Shown here: one piece after another, positions 48,797 through 56,597 of the stretch
How positions within the stretch are numbered: the first letter of the stretch is position 1
How the letters are laid out: each line of letters starts with the position of its first letter
IMG/VR virus record: IMGVR_UViG_3300035670_000027
DNA length: 64,000 nucleotides
Strand: one strand, 5' to 3'
From: a virus
Made by a program: the position numbers and the translations under genes
The notes under the pieces: generated by a model
Databases searched by the model: none
The model's input: the letters and a program-made list of their open reading frames with translations, nothing else
What the model was told of the DNA's origin: nothing

Positions 48797-49223
48797 AATA
48801 TTTTTTCTCCAGTCCAAGAAGAATGTTCATCACATCGTCTTCTTTCATTGTAGTATCATAAACTCTATCTTCAAGTGGTAGAATGTCCCAGTAGTCGCCT
48901 ACAACATCATACCAAGCATACAGACACACCTCTTCTTTGGGTCTATGAATAAGAGCCCAAGGTGTTAAATCGTGTTCGGGAAATTGAAACTCTTCGGTGA
49001 GAGAATCTTTGTGAATGAAGATAGCATACGATTCCATATCTGTATTGCCACCTTCAATGTATTCTTCTTCGGTGTCGAGGTCGCCAAAGCCGTCAAAGAT
49101 AATTTTGACTTCGGGAATGTCTGAGATGTTTTCGCCAATTCGCAAATCATCTGAATCACGCCACATTGAGTTCAATAGATGTTTGATGCATCGTTCATAG
49201 TCTTCGTAATTATAATCATTCAT
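48789..49223 (-). CDS. Acidic hypothetical protein
   Basis: 144-aa ORF with AAGGA SD, coupled to gmd. Confidence 0.65.
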   Translation of the reverse strand: MNDYNYEDYERCIKHLLNSMWRDSDDLRIGENISDIPEVKIIFDGFGDLDTEEEYIEGGNTDMESYAIFIHKDSLTEEFQFPEHDLTPWALIHRPKEEVCLYAWYDVVGDYWDILPLEDRVYDTTMKEDDVMNILLGLEKKYYV

Positions 49224-49241
49224 AATTCATCCTTTATAGTA

Positions 49242-49278
49242 GCCAGTTGATTAGAGTTCAACTGGCAAAACTCTAATC
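49242..49278 (-). promoter_or_regulatory. Pseudoknot-like or bistable RNA element
   Basis: Two interleaved inverted repeats: GATTAGAGT/ACTCTAATC and GCCAGTTGA/TCAACTGGC. Confidence 0.6.
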
Positions 49279-49491
49279 TTATTGCTTATCTATAAAAGTT
49301 TTTAGAACCTCTGCTTCGTTCAGAATTTCTTTAGTGCTTGGAAACTCTGGCACTTCAGTTAGAGAAAGTTTCTCTTCTGCAATGTCTGCGTTTCTTCGTG
49401 CAACTTCAAATTTCTGATAATAGCGTTGGGTCAATTGATCCTGTGCCATCTTCAAAAGTTCAAGACGAATTTCATATGGTGTTTTAGTCAT
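49279..49491 (-). CDS. Small hypothetical protein (TPYEIRLELLKMA family)
   Basis: AAGGAG SD preceded by CA repeats; C-terminal FPSTKEILNEAEVLKTFI. Confidence 0.75.
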   Translation of the reverse strand: MTKTPYEIRLELLKMAQDQLTQRYYQKFEVARRNADIAEEKLSLTEVPEFPSTKEILNEAEVLKTFIDKQ

Positions 49492-49519
49492 AGTAATACT
49501 CCTTTTTGTGTGTGTGATA

Positions 49520-49851
49520 AAAATGGTAGGTGATTGGGTAATAAGGTCCACCTACCGAAACCCCAGGAGGTTACGCCGCTAGGCGATATTCTCCAAAGTC
49601 TGCATCGTTTGCATTTACTCTTTTTGCTTCTACGGCCAGGTTGTCCTAACCCTACGGCTTTCGCATTGCCGGATCGTCCATTTCACTACTCTTTATCCTG
49701 TCGAAACCAGGTCACCCCCATCAGAAGCATACTGGCAACACCGACCATAAAGGTTCTCTTTACGATGTTTACAGTCCAATATGCTTTTGGTGGAGGTGGG
49801 CGGAATCGAACCGCCGTCCAGAACACCTTTCGATCTACTTCATACGATCAT
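49520..49851 (-). ncRNA. ssrA: Circularly permuted (two-piece) tmRNA, tag ANDADFGEYRLAA
   Basis: Acceptor piece ending GGCGGTTCGATTCCGCCCACCTCCACCA (CCA end at 49788) precedes the coding piece starting GGGGGTG at 49719; G3-U70 pair; tag frame 49612-49571. Confidence 0.92.
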
Positions 49852-49855
49852 ACTT

Positions 49856-50638
49856 TTATTTATAACGCAATAGCGTATCCGATACTGCAAATTCGGCAGG
49901 CTTCATCGGAAAATACTTCATCATCTTATCAACATTCAATACGCAATTGCTTCGTGGTGCGGTAGTAATTGACTTAAACTCTTCTTCCGTCATCCACTCT
50001 TTTTCAATACCCATCTTTGCTACAATTTGTTTACCAGTAATGCCACCTGGATTGCATACATTGTAAATACCAAATGGTGGTTTTGTTACAATAAAATGTG
50101 CGACACACTTTGCCAACTCTTCAACTTGCGTAATGCTATTCTCAAAACTGATTAGTTTACTATACAGTTCAAACTTTGTCAAGAGATTCTTTGGCGTTCG
50201 ATCAGGACCAAACGGCATCCGAATTCGAAATAGGTAAGAATTGTTAAGGTGTGGTTTGAGTAGTTCTTGCTCTAAGCCTTTACATGCGCTATAGAATGAT
50301 GCATTGTTAAAGGTGAAATTGGGTGCATCTTCTTCGGTCCAGCCACCGTCTTTGTAGCCAGTATAGATGCAACCACTAGAGATATGAAGAATAGGAATCT
50401 CATTTGCCCTCTTTTCTAGTTCCAATGGAAACAAAACATTGCCTTGCACACATTCATCTTTATAGATTTCACATGCATCAACATTTGGTACGCCAGTAAA
50501 ACCTGCGGCATTTACAATAAACTTTGTGTCTTTTGGTAGTGCATCATCGTGTCGAATATGGTTGTATTTCATTCCATATTCATCAAAATATTTTACAATA
50601 TAGCCAGCAACATATCCATGACCAATCAAAGTAATCAT
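49856..50638 (-). CDS. NDP-sugar 3,5-epimerase/4-reductase (NRS/ER- or RmlD-like SDR)
   Basis: GHGYVA, NAAGFTGVPNVDACE, SSGCIY, SFYSACK, FRIRMP. Confidence 0.8.
   Translation of the reverse strand: MITLIGHGYVAGYIVKYFDEYGMKYNHIRHDDALPKDTKFIVNAAGFTGVPNVDACEIYKDECVQGNVLFPLELEKRANEIPILHISSGCIYTGYKDGGWTEEDAPNFTFNNASFYSACKGLEQELLKPHLNNSYLFRIRMPFGPDRTPKNLLTKFELYSKLISFENSITQVEELAKCVAHFIVTKPPFGIYNVCNPGGITGKQIVAKMGIEKEWMTEEEFKSITTAPRSNCVLNVDKMMKYFPMKPAEFAVSDTLLRYK
49857..49864 (-). promoter_or_regulatory. T4 late promoter TATAAATA for the tmRNA
   Basis: Exact consensus directly upstream of the acceptor piece. Confidence 0.75.
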
Positions 50639-50931
50639 TGCACCACCTCGTCTTTGTCAAAAATATTAGACCACATGCCAAGTCGATTTCGCTTGTGTAA
50701 TTCTGCTTTGTAGATTTCGTCTTCAGTTATGATGCCAAACTGCTTGATTAAATTAATCATGCATTGAAGGTCGCCAAGTTCACTTGCAAGTCTCTGCTTG
50801 TTTGACTGCCCTTCGTAAACTTCATCAATACCAAATCGAAAAATCTTGCTAATCGATTGAACCACTTCAGCACATTCTTCTTGCGTAATTCTTAACACTT
50901 CGCTTTGCTTCTCATTCATAATCATCTCCAA
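50635..50931 (-). CDS. MazG-like NTP pyrophosphohydrolase
   Basis: QEECAEVVQSISK..RFG, ELGDL. Confidence 0.75.
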   Translation of the reverse strand: MEMIMNEKQSEVLRITQEECAEVVQSISKIFRFGIDEVYEGQSNKQRLASELGDLQCMINLIKQFGIITEDEIYKAELHKRNRLGMWSNIFDKDEVVQ

Positions 50932-51216
50932 TTAACTTTTCTTAGGAACATCTCCAGTACTCAAAATACATGATATGCTACCGTCTGCCGAGGTTGTTAT
51001 AATCGTAAAAGTTCCAGTCTCTTTATTCTCCCAAACAGATACGACCTCTTCATCTTTTGTCACGCCAATGAAACCTGGTTTTTCTCCGTACTTATTTACC
51101 ATAACATTCACTACGCTTTGTGTATCCGAACAAACTGTCATAAATGATCTGGGAATGACAACTTGTGCCAATGCAAAAGATGGCAACAATGCCAAGAGTA
51201 AAATTAGTTTTTTCAT
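50932..51216 (-). CDS. Exported hypothetical protein
   Basis: Signal peptide MKKLILLLALLPSFALA; C...YGEKP...GTFTI...CIL. Confidence 0.7.
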   Translation of the reverse strand: MKKLILLLALLPSFALAQVVIPRSFMTVCSDTQSVVNVMVNKYGEKPGFIGVTKDEEVVSVWENKETGTFTIITTSADGSISCILSTGDVPKKS

Positions 51217-51229
51217 GATTAGTCCTATT

Positions 51230-51901
51230 CTAATCGATTAAAACTTGTTTGTCAAGTTCGTCATACTTCTTTCGATACTCAATAAACTGTTCGATGTATG
51301 TATCACGCTTCTTTACAAACAACTGAGGTTGATCACCTTCAACTGCGACTAGAATGGCAATTCGTGGAATGGCAATGCCAGTTCGCTCTTCAAACATAAC
51401 TGCGTATGCTGAACATTGCATAAAATAATTTAGAATGAAATCTTCGTTCTTTGGTTTGCTTGCAGTCTTAAAGTCTACGATAGCAGGCTTGCCATCAAAC
51501 ATTGCAACACAATCTGTTCTTCCAGCAACTTTTAGATGATCTGAATATAGTGGGCTTTCAATACCATACACCACACCAATGTACTTATCGATGAATGGTT
51601 GAATTTGTTTGAAGAGTGCGACTGAGTTCGGTAGATGTGTGTTTAGATGAAGTTCATTGTTCAAATAATCTTCGCACATCTTGTGGACTTTGGTTCCACG
51701 ATTTGCCGCTTTGCCTGATATCTTATTTGCTTCTGCTTCGCCCACACGCTTGCGCCAGGCAATGATTGCATCTTTACTATGAAGACCTGTGATTGTGGTT
51801 ACGGAAGGATAGAGTTCGCCAGATGGGGTGCGATACAATCGCTTGCCATCAAGGTTGGTAGATTCTAAGTTTTCTAATTCTATCTTTTCGTGTATAAACA
51901 T
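51230..51901 (-). CDS. PD-(D/E)XK exonuclease (Cas4-like phage exonuclease)
   Basis: YPSVTT, RGTKVH, AGRTDC, IVDFKT, YFMQCSAYA. Confidence 0.88.
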   Translation of the reverse strand: MFIHEKIELENLESTNLDGKRLYRTPSGELYPSVTTITGLHSKDAIIAWRKRVGEAEANKISGKAANRGTKVHKMCEDYLNNELHLNTHLPNSVALFKQIQPFIDKYIGVVYGIESPLYSDHLKVAGRTDCVAMFDGKPAIVDFKTASKPKNEDFILNYFMQCSAYAVMFEERTGIAIPRIAILVAVEGDQPQLFVKKRDTYIEQFIEYRKKYDELDKQVLID

Positions 51902-52677
51902 TATTCGTCAACATCTTTATCGTATATTAAAAAGTAAACATTTATGAATTTCTCTTTATCTTTACTTATCCCACCTGCGTAATAGTTCACACGAAATTTC
52001 TCAAAAACTTTCAAGGTATCGAAAATTTTTTCACTTGAGAAAGCAACCACATCCTGTTTCACTTCGTTAAGATATAGGTCATCCATGCGAATATAAAAAG
52101 ATTTTCTGCTAGAGTTCGTATCGGTAGTTTCATACAAAAACATCTTACGATGCTTCTTCAATGCGTCTTTTGCAAACTTCGGTACGAAATGAAAGCCAGA
52201 CTTTTCTACGGCATCACCAACATCATATATGCTTACATTGTTGACGATTCTATAGTAATTCGTATTTGTGTAATTCTCTGGATCATGAAGGTCCCATTTA
52301 ATAGATGAAATGGTTTGCTTCTTACGAATATTCTTTTCTGCTAACTCTGGTACTTCATGAGGACGAATGCTATTCTCAAAGTAGATTCGATAATTGGCAA
52401 GGTCCTTCTCAACTTCAATGGCGAATCCAACACCATCAGACTTCCAATAGTCCTGAAGAATATCACTCTTTGGCATGTTGAGTGCCTTTGCAATTTTTTC
52501 TATCATCGCAAATGGAATGTCTGCCGTTTCGATCATGAAAAGGACACGATCACGAATGACTTTACTCTTCGTGATCTTTACCGATTGTTCAATTGCGGTA
52601 ATCGTTTGATTGCGAAAAATCTCACAAAAATTTTTGACAATCTGATTTTCAGTTATAACTCTGTCCACTGGATTCAT
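51901..52677 (-). CDS. Hypothetical protein
   Basis: 258-aa ORF between phoH and the exonuclease; no recognised motif. Confidence 0.65.
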   Translation of the reverse strand: MNPVDRVITENQIVKNFCEIFRNQTITAIEQSVKITKSKVIRDRVLFMIETADIPFAMIEKIAKALNMPKSDILQDYWKSDGVGFAIEVEKDLANYRIYFENSIRPHEVPELAEKNIRKKQTISSIKWDLHDPENYTNTNYYRIVNNVSIYDVGDAVEKSGFHFVPKFAKDALKKHRKMFLYETTDTNSSRKSFYIRMDDLYLNEVKQDVVAFSSEKIFDTLKVFEKFRVNYYAGGISKDKEKFINVYFLIYDKDVDE

Positions 52678-53422
52678 GTATCAAGTCCTCATATCTCACC
52701 TTTGCTAATATGTAGTCTTTCACTAACGATGATCTTACGATATCTTCTGGTGTAAATTCAATTCTAGTAAATGCTTTCATGTGGTGGGCAATGTCAAAGA
52801 ATTTAAGAATGCCAGACTTGTCGTTTGACTTTCTCAAATCGGTTTGGCGATAGTCACCGCACCAAATAATCTTTGAACGATAACCGACCCTTGTCATCAC
52901 GGTATCGATCTCTTCAAAATTCATATTCTGCATTTCATCAACAATGATGATTGCATCATCAAATGACATACCACGAATGAAAGAGGTTGAAATGAATTCA
53001 ATGTAACCTTGCTCTTCTAATCTCTGATATGCATCTGGTCGACCAAATAGCGTATGGCAGATTTGTCGATATGGTTGTCTGTAGATTTCTGTTTTTTCAT
53101 CTAGGTCACCTGGTAAGTGTCCAACCTCTCTTGAAGGTACGGCTGAACGAACAATGATAATTTTTTTGAATGGGTTTGCTTTGTCTAGAACCTCTTCTAA
53201 TGCTTTATACAATGCAATGAAAGTCTTACCTGTTCCTGCTACTCCATGCAATGCTACAAAATAGTCTTGTCTTTTGTATGCTTCAAAAAAATGTTTTTGG
53301 TTCTCTGTTAGTGGTTCGAAAGTTTTTAGATCATCTAGCCTTATCTTAAGTGTATTGTTTATAGGACTTCTTTTATTCGTACTGGTATCTGGCTCGGTGT
53401 TTGCAACATTCTTTCTTGCCAT
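52649..53422 (-). CDS. phoH: PhoH family ATPase
   Basis: PLTENQ, GVAGTGKT, GHLPG, SFIRGMSF, IIVDEMQN, CGDYRQTD, DIVRS. Confidence 0.94.
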   Translation of the reverse strand: MARKNVANTEPDTSTNKRSPINNTLKIRLDDLKTFEPLTENQKHFFEAYKRQDYFVALHGVAGTGKTFIALYKALEEVLDKANPFKKIIIVRSAVPSREVGHLPGDLDEKTEIYRQPYRQICHTLFGRPDAYQRLEEQGYIEFISTSFIRGMSFDDAIIIVDEMQNMNFEEIDTVMTRVGYRSKIIWCGDYRQTDLRKSNDKSGILKFFDIAHHMKAFTRIEFTPEDIVRSSLVKDYILAKVRYEDLIHESSGQSYN

Positions 53423-53461
53423 GAAAATCCTTTCGTTGTTATTGTTATCACAGGATCATCA

Positions 53462-53761
53462 TCAATTGCTATGCTTCTTTTTCCACTCCTTTACAACTCG
53501 TTCAGTCTTCACTTGCTTAATTGATTTACGCATGTTCTCTTGTGCAAGAGGTGAATCTGGATGTGCTTCAGAAATTTTCGAAAGTACTTCTTTAAAACCA
53601 CCATCTACTTGTTGACCAGTGCCTGAGATAAGGGCAGGCACTTCGTCAAAGTATCTTTCATGATTTGGATTTTCTTTTTTGTAGTCATCTAAATCACTCA
53701 TGCTCATGATAACATCAAAAACTTCTTGTGTTTGATTATCTTTAAATGTGTATGTAGGCAT
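53462..53761 (-). CDS. FmdB-like small regulatory protein
   Basis: MPTYTFKD..T.EVFD..MSMS, GFKEVLSKI...HP; usual phoH neighbour. Confidence 0.65.
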   Translation of the reverse strand: MPTYTFKDNQTQEVFDVIMSMSDLDDYKKENPNHERYFDEVPALISGTGQQVDGGFKEVLSKISEAHPDSPLAQENMRKSIKQVKTERVVKEWKKKHSN

Positions 53762-54350
53762 CTTCGTACAACCCCAATCTTTCATTTTCATCTACCATCG
53801 CTTGCAGAATGCCTTCGATAAACCATTGTGGTCTATTACGCTTGGTCCATTTTGCAAAACTTACTTTCTTCTCTATGTAGTATTTATGGTACGATGCGAT
53901 AGAATCATTGGCAATCTTGCATTCATCTGGCATTGCAGGTGTCGGATCAGTAAAAGAAACATTCGGAATTTTATTTGGGGGCACATACAAAACATCCATG
54001 TACTTTGCACACGCATGAACTTTGCCATAACGGTGAGTGTATTCATGTAGAAGATATATCCACATGCGATTGAGCCACATGTAATTTTCTTTGCTTGCAC
54101 GAACCCACACATTAGAGGGGTGATTAATATGGGATGCTTTCATCAAGCCATTTTCAAAGATTTCATCTTTCATGCGCCAACGCTTGATTCTACGACCATT
54201 GGCAGTCTTGTCGATATACTCTTCGCCGTCAAGAATACGGTGTGCGGTAGACATTAATTGTGCGTATTCAATGATCATCTTGACCACATGCTTATCGCAA
54301 TGCATCTCTGCACAAATCTTCGGATTCGAATCAAGGTAGAAAATGTTCAT
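53742..54350 (-). CDS. Pyrimidine-dimer DNA glycosylase / endonuclease V-like protein
   Basis: MNIFYLD..P..CA..HCDKHVVKMI.E.AQL.STAH, H.NHP..W, YTHRYGKVH, AMPD. Confidence 0.8.
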   Translation of the reverse strand: MNIFYLDSNPKICAEMHCDKHVVKMIIEYAQLMSTAHRILDGEEYIDKTANGRRIKRWRMKDEIFENGLMKASHINHPSNVWVRASKENYMWLNRMWIYLLHEYTHRYGKVHACAKYMDVLYVPPNKIPNVSFTDPTPAMPDECKIANDSIASYHKYYIEKKVSFAKWTKRNRPQWFIEGILQAMVDENERLGLYEDAYIHI

Positions 54351-54577
54351 TCAATTAATGTCCTATCTTGTATCAACCAATATTCTTCGGTTGCTTTTTT
54401 CGCAAACTCATAAGCAATATATTGTCCCAAATATACTTCTTCATTCACATTGAAAATAACTTTGGCTAACCAAATTTTTGAATGTGCAATTTTATTAATT
54501 TGCCCAACTACACGACCGTCTTCTTCATTGTAAAAATAGAAAACATCATGGTCACCGTCTTTCCATAATCTGTCCAT
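54347..54577 (-). CDS. Hypothetical protein
   Basis: Coupled ORF; LGQYI..EFAKKA.E motif. Confidence 0.65.
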   Translation of the reverse strand: MDRLWKDGDHDVFYFYNEEDGRVVGQINKIAHSKIWLAKVIFNVNEEVYLGQYIAYEFAKKATEEYWLIQDRTLIE

Positions 54578-54747
54578 TACCAGCGCCCATCATCAATTAT
54601 AACACGAATCCAGACAGGACCCAAATGTAAACAATTTTCAAAAACTGGATCATTCCAAACATCGGCACCGCTAACAAAACCTAAGCGCCAATGAAAAGGA
54701 TTCAGCACAATGCCAATCCAAATACCAGAGTATTTTATCCAGTTCAT
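54577..54747 (-). CDS. Small hypothetical protein
   Basis: MNWIKYSGIW..LNPFHW...IRVIIDDGRW; start moved downstream of the terminator. Confidence 0.65.
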   Translation of the reverse strand: MNWIKYSGIWIGIVLNPFHWRLGFVSGADVWNDPVFENCLHLGPVWIRVIIDDGRW

Positions 54748-54791
54748 AGTAGGTACTTTATTGTAAAATTTAATATGATTAATGAATAAAC

Positions 54792-54821
54792 AAAAACCAG
54801 GATGACCACAAGCCATCCTGG
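54792..54821 (-). terminator. Rho-independent terminator
   Basis: CCAGGATG/CATCCTGG stem followed by TTTTT on the minus strand. Confidence 0.65.
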
Positions 54822-54837
54822 CATTTTGTCAAAAAAA

Positions 54838-54987
54838 TTATTCATCAAACTCGCCTAGTTCATCGGCAACATCATATACCCATTCGATAGGCACTTGCAG
54901 AAAATCTGCAATTTTTTGAAAAGACATTTGCGGATAATTGACAATGTACTCCTGAATCTCAATCATCTTATCGCCCATTTTGCTCAT
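54838..54987 (-). CDS. Small HTH-like protein (49 aa, not in ORF track)
   Basis: MSKMGDKMIEIQEY...MSFQKIADFLQVPIEWV; GGAGA SD. Confidence 0.6.
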   Translation of the reverse strand: MSKMGDKMIEIQEYIVNYPQMSFQKIADFLQVPIEWVYDVADELGEFDE

Positions 54988-55090
54988 TTAGATTCTCCAA
55001 ATAAAATTTCACTTGATCAACAACAATGCCAATGTACAGATTCAACTGGTTCATTAGCGGATAAATGGAAATAATTTCACCGAGTATCAT
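54968..55090 (-). CDS. Small hypothetical protein (40 aa, not in ORF track)
   Basis: ATGA overlap with the upstream stop, AGGAG SD, MILGEIISIYP... Confidence 0.45.
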   Translation of the reverse strand: MILGEIISIYPLMNQLNLYIGIVVDQVKFYLENLNEQNGR

Positions 55091-55425
55091 GCAAAACTCC
55101 TTTCATTAAGTTCATTATACTCTACTGTTGGCTCTTTGTAAAGTATCTCGCCATCATACTCCAACTGCGATTTCTCAAACCATGAGAGATAATCATCAGG
55201 TTCAATTGACCAATCGATTATGCTCTCTCGGAAAAAATCATTGTCCTGCTCTACACCTGCCATTGATACAATTTCTTCAAGGTCGCCATTGATAGGCACA
55301 TTGAGAATTTTGTACTCTGTACCACCCTTTGCTTTCCAGTAGGCGTCGGCACCAGTACCAATGGTGCCGTCTTCGTTCCATGCATAGTTCTCATAAACTT
55401 GGGTGCGAATGACAAGCATACTCAT
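55087..55425 (-). CDS. Hypothetical phage protein
   Basis: IRTQVYENY, YWKAKGG, FEKSQLEYDG. Confidence 0.7.
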   Translation of the reverse strand: MSMLVIRTQVYENYAWNEDGTIGTGADAYWKAKGGTEYKILNVPINGDLEEIVSMAGVEQDNDFFRESIIDWSIEPDDYLSWFEKSQLEYDGEILYKEPTVEYNELNERSFA

Positions 55426-55434
55426 AAAAACTCC

Positions 55435-55788
55435 TTACAGATAGAGAGGACCAGTCCAGCGAATTGTGTAACCACCGTCAAGGATATTTCCTCGTGCCGC
55501 ATTGCGGGCAGGAGTTGCCCAACCAGCCGCTTTCAGCAAATCACCTTTACGGAATTTTTTGTCATTGTCGCCTTTGACAATGAAACCCCAAACACATCGC
55601 TGGCTACCAGACTTGGTAATCACTTTGATGTATTTGCTACCTTCGGCAATTTCGATGCCGTTGATAAACTCATCAAGCATACGGGCTTGAATCTCGGTGC
55701 GAGGTTTGCCGCCAGCATTTTGCCAACTCTCGTAGTCGGCAATCATGTTATTCTTGAGAGTTTCAAGGGCTTGGGTCATCGTGGTCAT
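55435..55788 (-). CDS. Conserved phage early protein
   Basis: GSKYIKV, VWGFIV, KGDLLKAAGWATPARN..RGNI, WTGP.YL; GGAGA SD. Confidence 0.75.
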   Translation of the reverse strand: MTTMTQALETLKNNMIADYESWQNAGGKPRTEIQARMLDEFINGIEIAEGSKYIKVITKSGSQRCVWGFIVKGDNDKKFRKGDLLKAAGWATPARNAARGNILDGGYTIRWTGPLYL

Positions 55789-55818
55789 GTCAATCTCCAT
55801 TCGAATTTCTATACTTAC

Positions 55819-55878
55819 AGTATACCATAGTGAGGGAGAAAGTCAAGGGTTTTTTTGCGCCTGTTGCACAAAAACAAC
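55819..55878 (-). promoter_or_regulatory. Early sigma70 promoter with upstream 17-bp box
   Basis: GTTGTTTTTGTGCAACA box, A-tract, TTGACT-N16-TATACT with extended -10 TG. Confidence 0.8.
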
Positions 55879-55879
55879 G

Positions 55880-56113
55880 CTATGTGAGTGAGTACTTACT
55901 TAGCATTTCCTTCGCTTGTGTCAGATTTGGGTCTTGGACTGCAACAATGTCAATGATTCTCAATTGCAACATCTGCAACAGTTCGGTGGCATAATCAAGG
56001 TCATCTTCACTTACCGTAGCCGACCAATCGGCTAAAGTTTCTGGGCTTGCATTCAACAGAAAGTCTAGGTTTTTCATGTCCTCTTCGGACAAACCATCGT
56101 AGTGGTCTCTCAT
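55880..56113 (-). CDS. Hypothetical protein
   Basis: NLDFLLNAS..L.DW...DD.DYA.ELL. Confidence 0.65.
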   Translation of the reverse strand: MRDHYDGLSEEDMKNLDFLLNASPETLADWSATVSEDDLDYATELLQMLQLRIIDIVAVQDPNLTQAKEMLSKYSLT

Positions 56114-56286
56114 GTGTTCTCCAGTTTCGTTGGCGTCTTTGGTGCAGGAAGGTTTTCAAGATTTTTGATTACCATATCCTGCACCACACTATGCAAACTA
56201 TTTAGATACTGAGCCATGTATGCAATAGAAGTCGGATTAAAATTAAACACAATGAGTGCTAAAATAAATCCTAAAATGATTTTCAT
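56110..56286 (-). CDS. Small membrane/exported protein
   Basis: Hydrophobic N-terminus MKIILGFILALIVF; ATGA coupling. Confidence 0.55.
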   Translation of the reverse strand: MKIILGFILALIVFNFNPTSIAYMAQYLNSLHSVVQDMVIKNLENLPAPKTPTKLENT

Positions 56287-56597
56287 GCTACATTCCAATT
56301 CATTTCATTTTTCAATTGCATGGACTCTGAACCATCATACTCGTTGACAATGAATTCAGTTCCTTCTGGCAACCAGAGAACCACAAGGTCATCTGCACCT
56401 CCAGCATAGAAGTCTTCTCCATACTTGTTTTCTGCAAATTGTGCAATCTCATATCGATCAACTTCTTTTTCGATCATCTCTACAATCTCGGGATCAAAAA
56501 GGCATTCTGGAAATTGATAGTTCCATGTTGACCAACCAGCACCAAATCCTGGCGAGTACAACACCGCTACTTTTCCATCACGAATTAGTTTTTCCAT
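56283..56597 (-). CDS. Conserved hypothetical phage protein
   Basis: IRDGKVAVLYSPGFGAGWSTWN...EYDGSE. Confidence 0.75.
   Translation of the reverse strand: MEKLIRDGKVAVLYSPGFGAGWSTWNYQFPECLFDPEIVEMIEKEVDRYEIAQFAENKYGEDFYAGGADDLVVLWLPEGTEFIVNEYDGSESMQLKNEMNWNVA

Noticed and set aside
49276-49281. Stop-codon readthrough stimulated by the pseudoknot-like element
   Set aside because: A TAG follows one codon later in the same frame.
49788-49820. Apparent tRNA 3' half (T-arm plus CCA)
   Set aside because: No D or anticodon arm upstream; it is the acceptor piece of the permuted tmRNA.
49534-49965. 143-aa + strand ORF
   Set aside because: Antisense shadow of the tmRNA with no protein-like features.
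51230-51901. Cas4-like nuclease as part of a CRISPR system
   Set aside because: No repeat-spacer array or other cas genes seen; this is a usual T4-like exonuclease.
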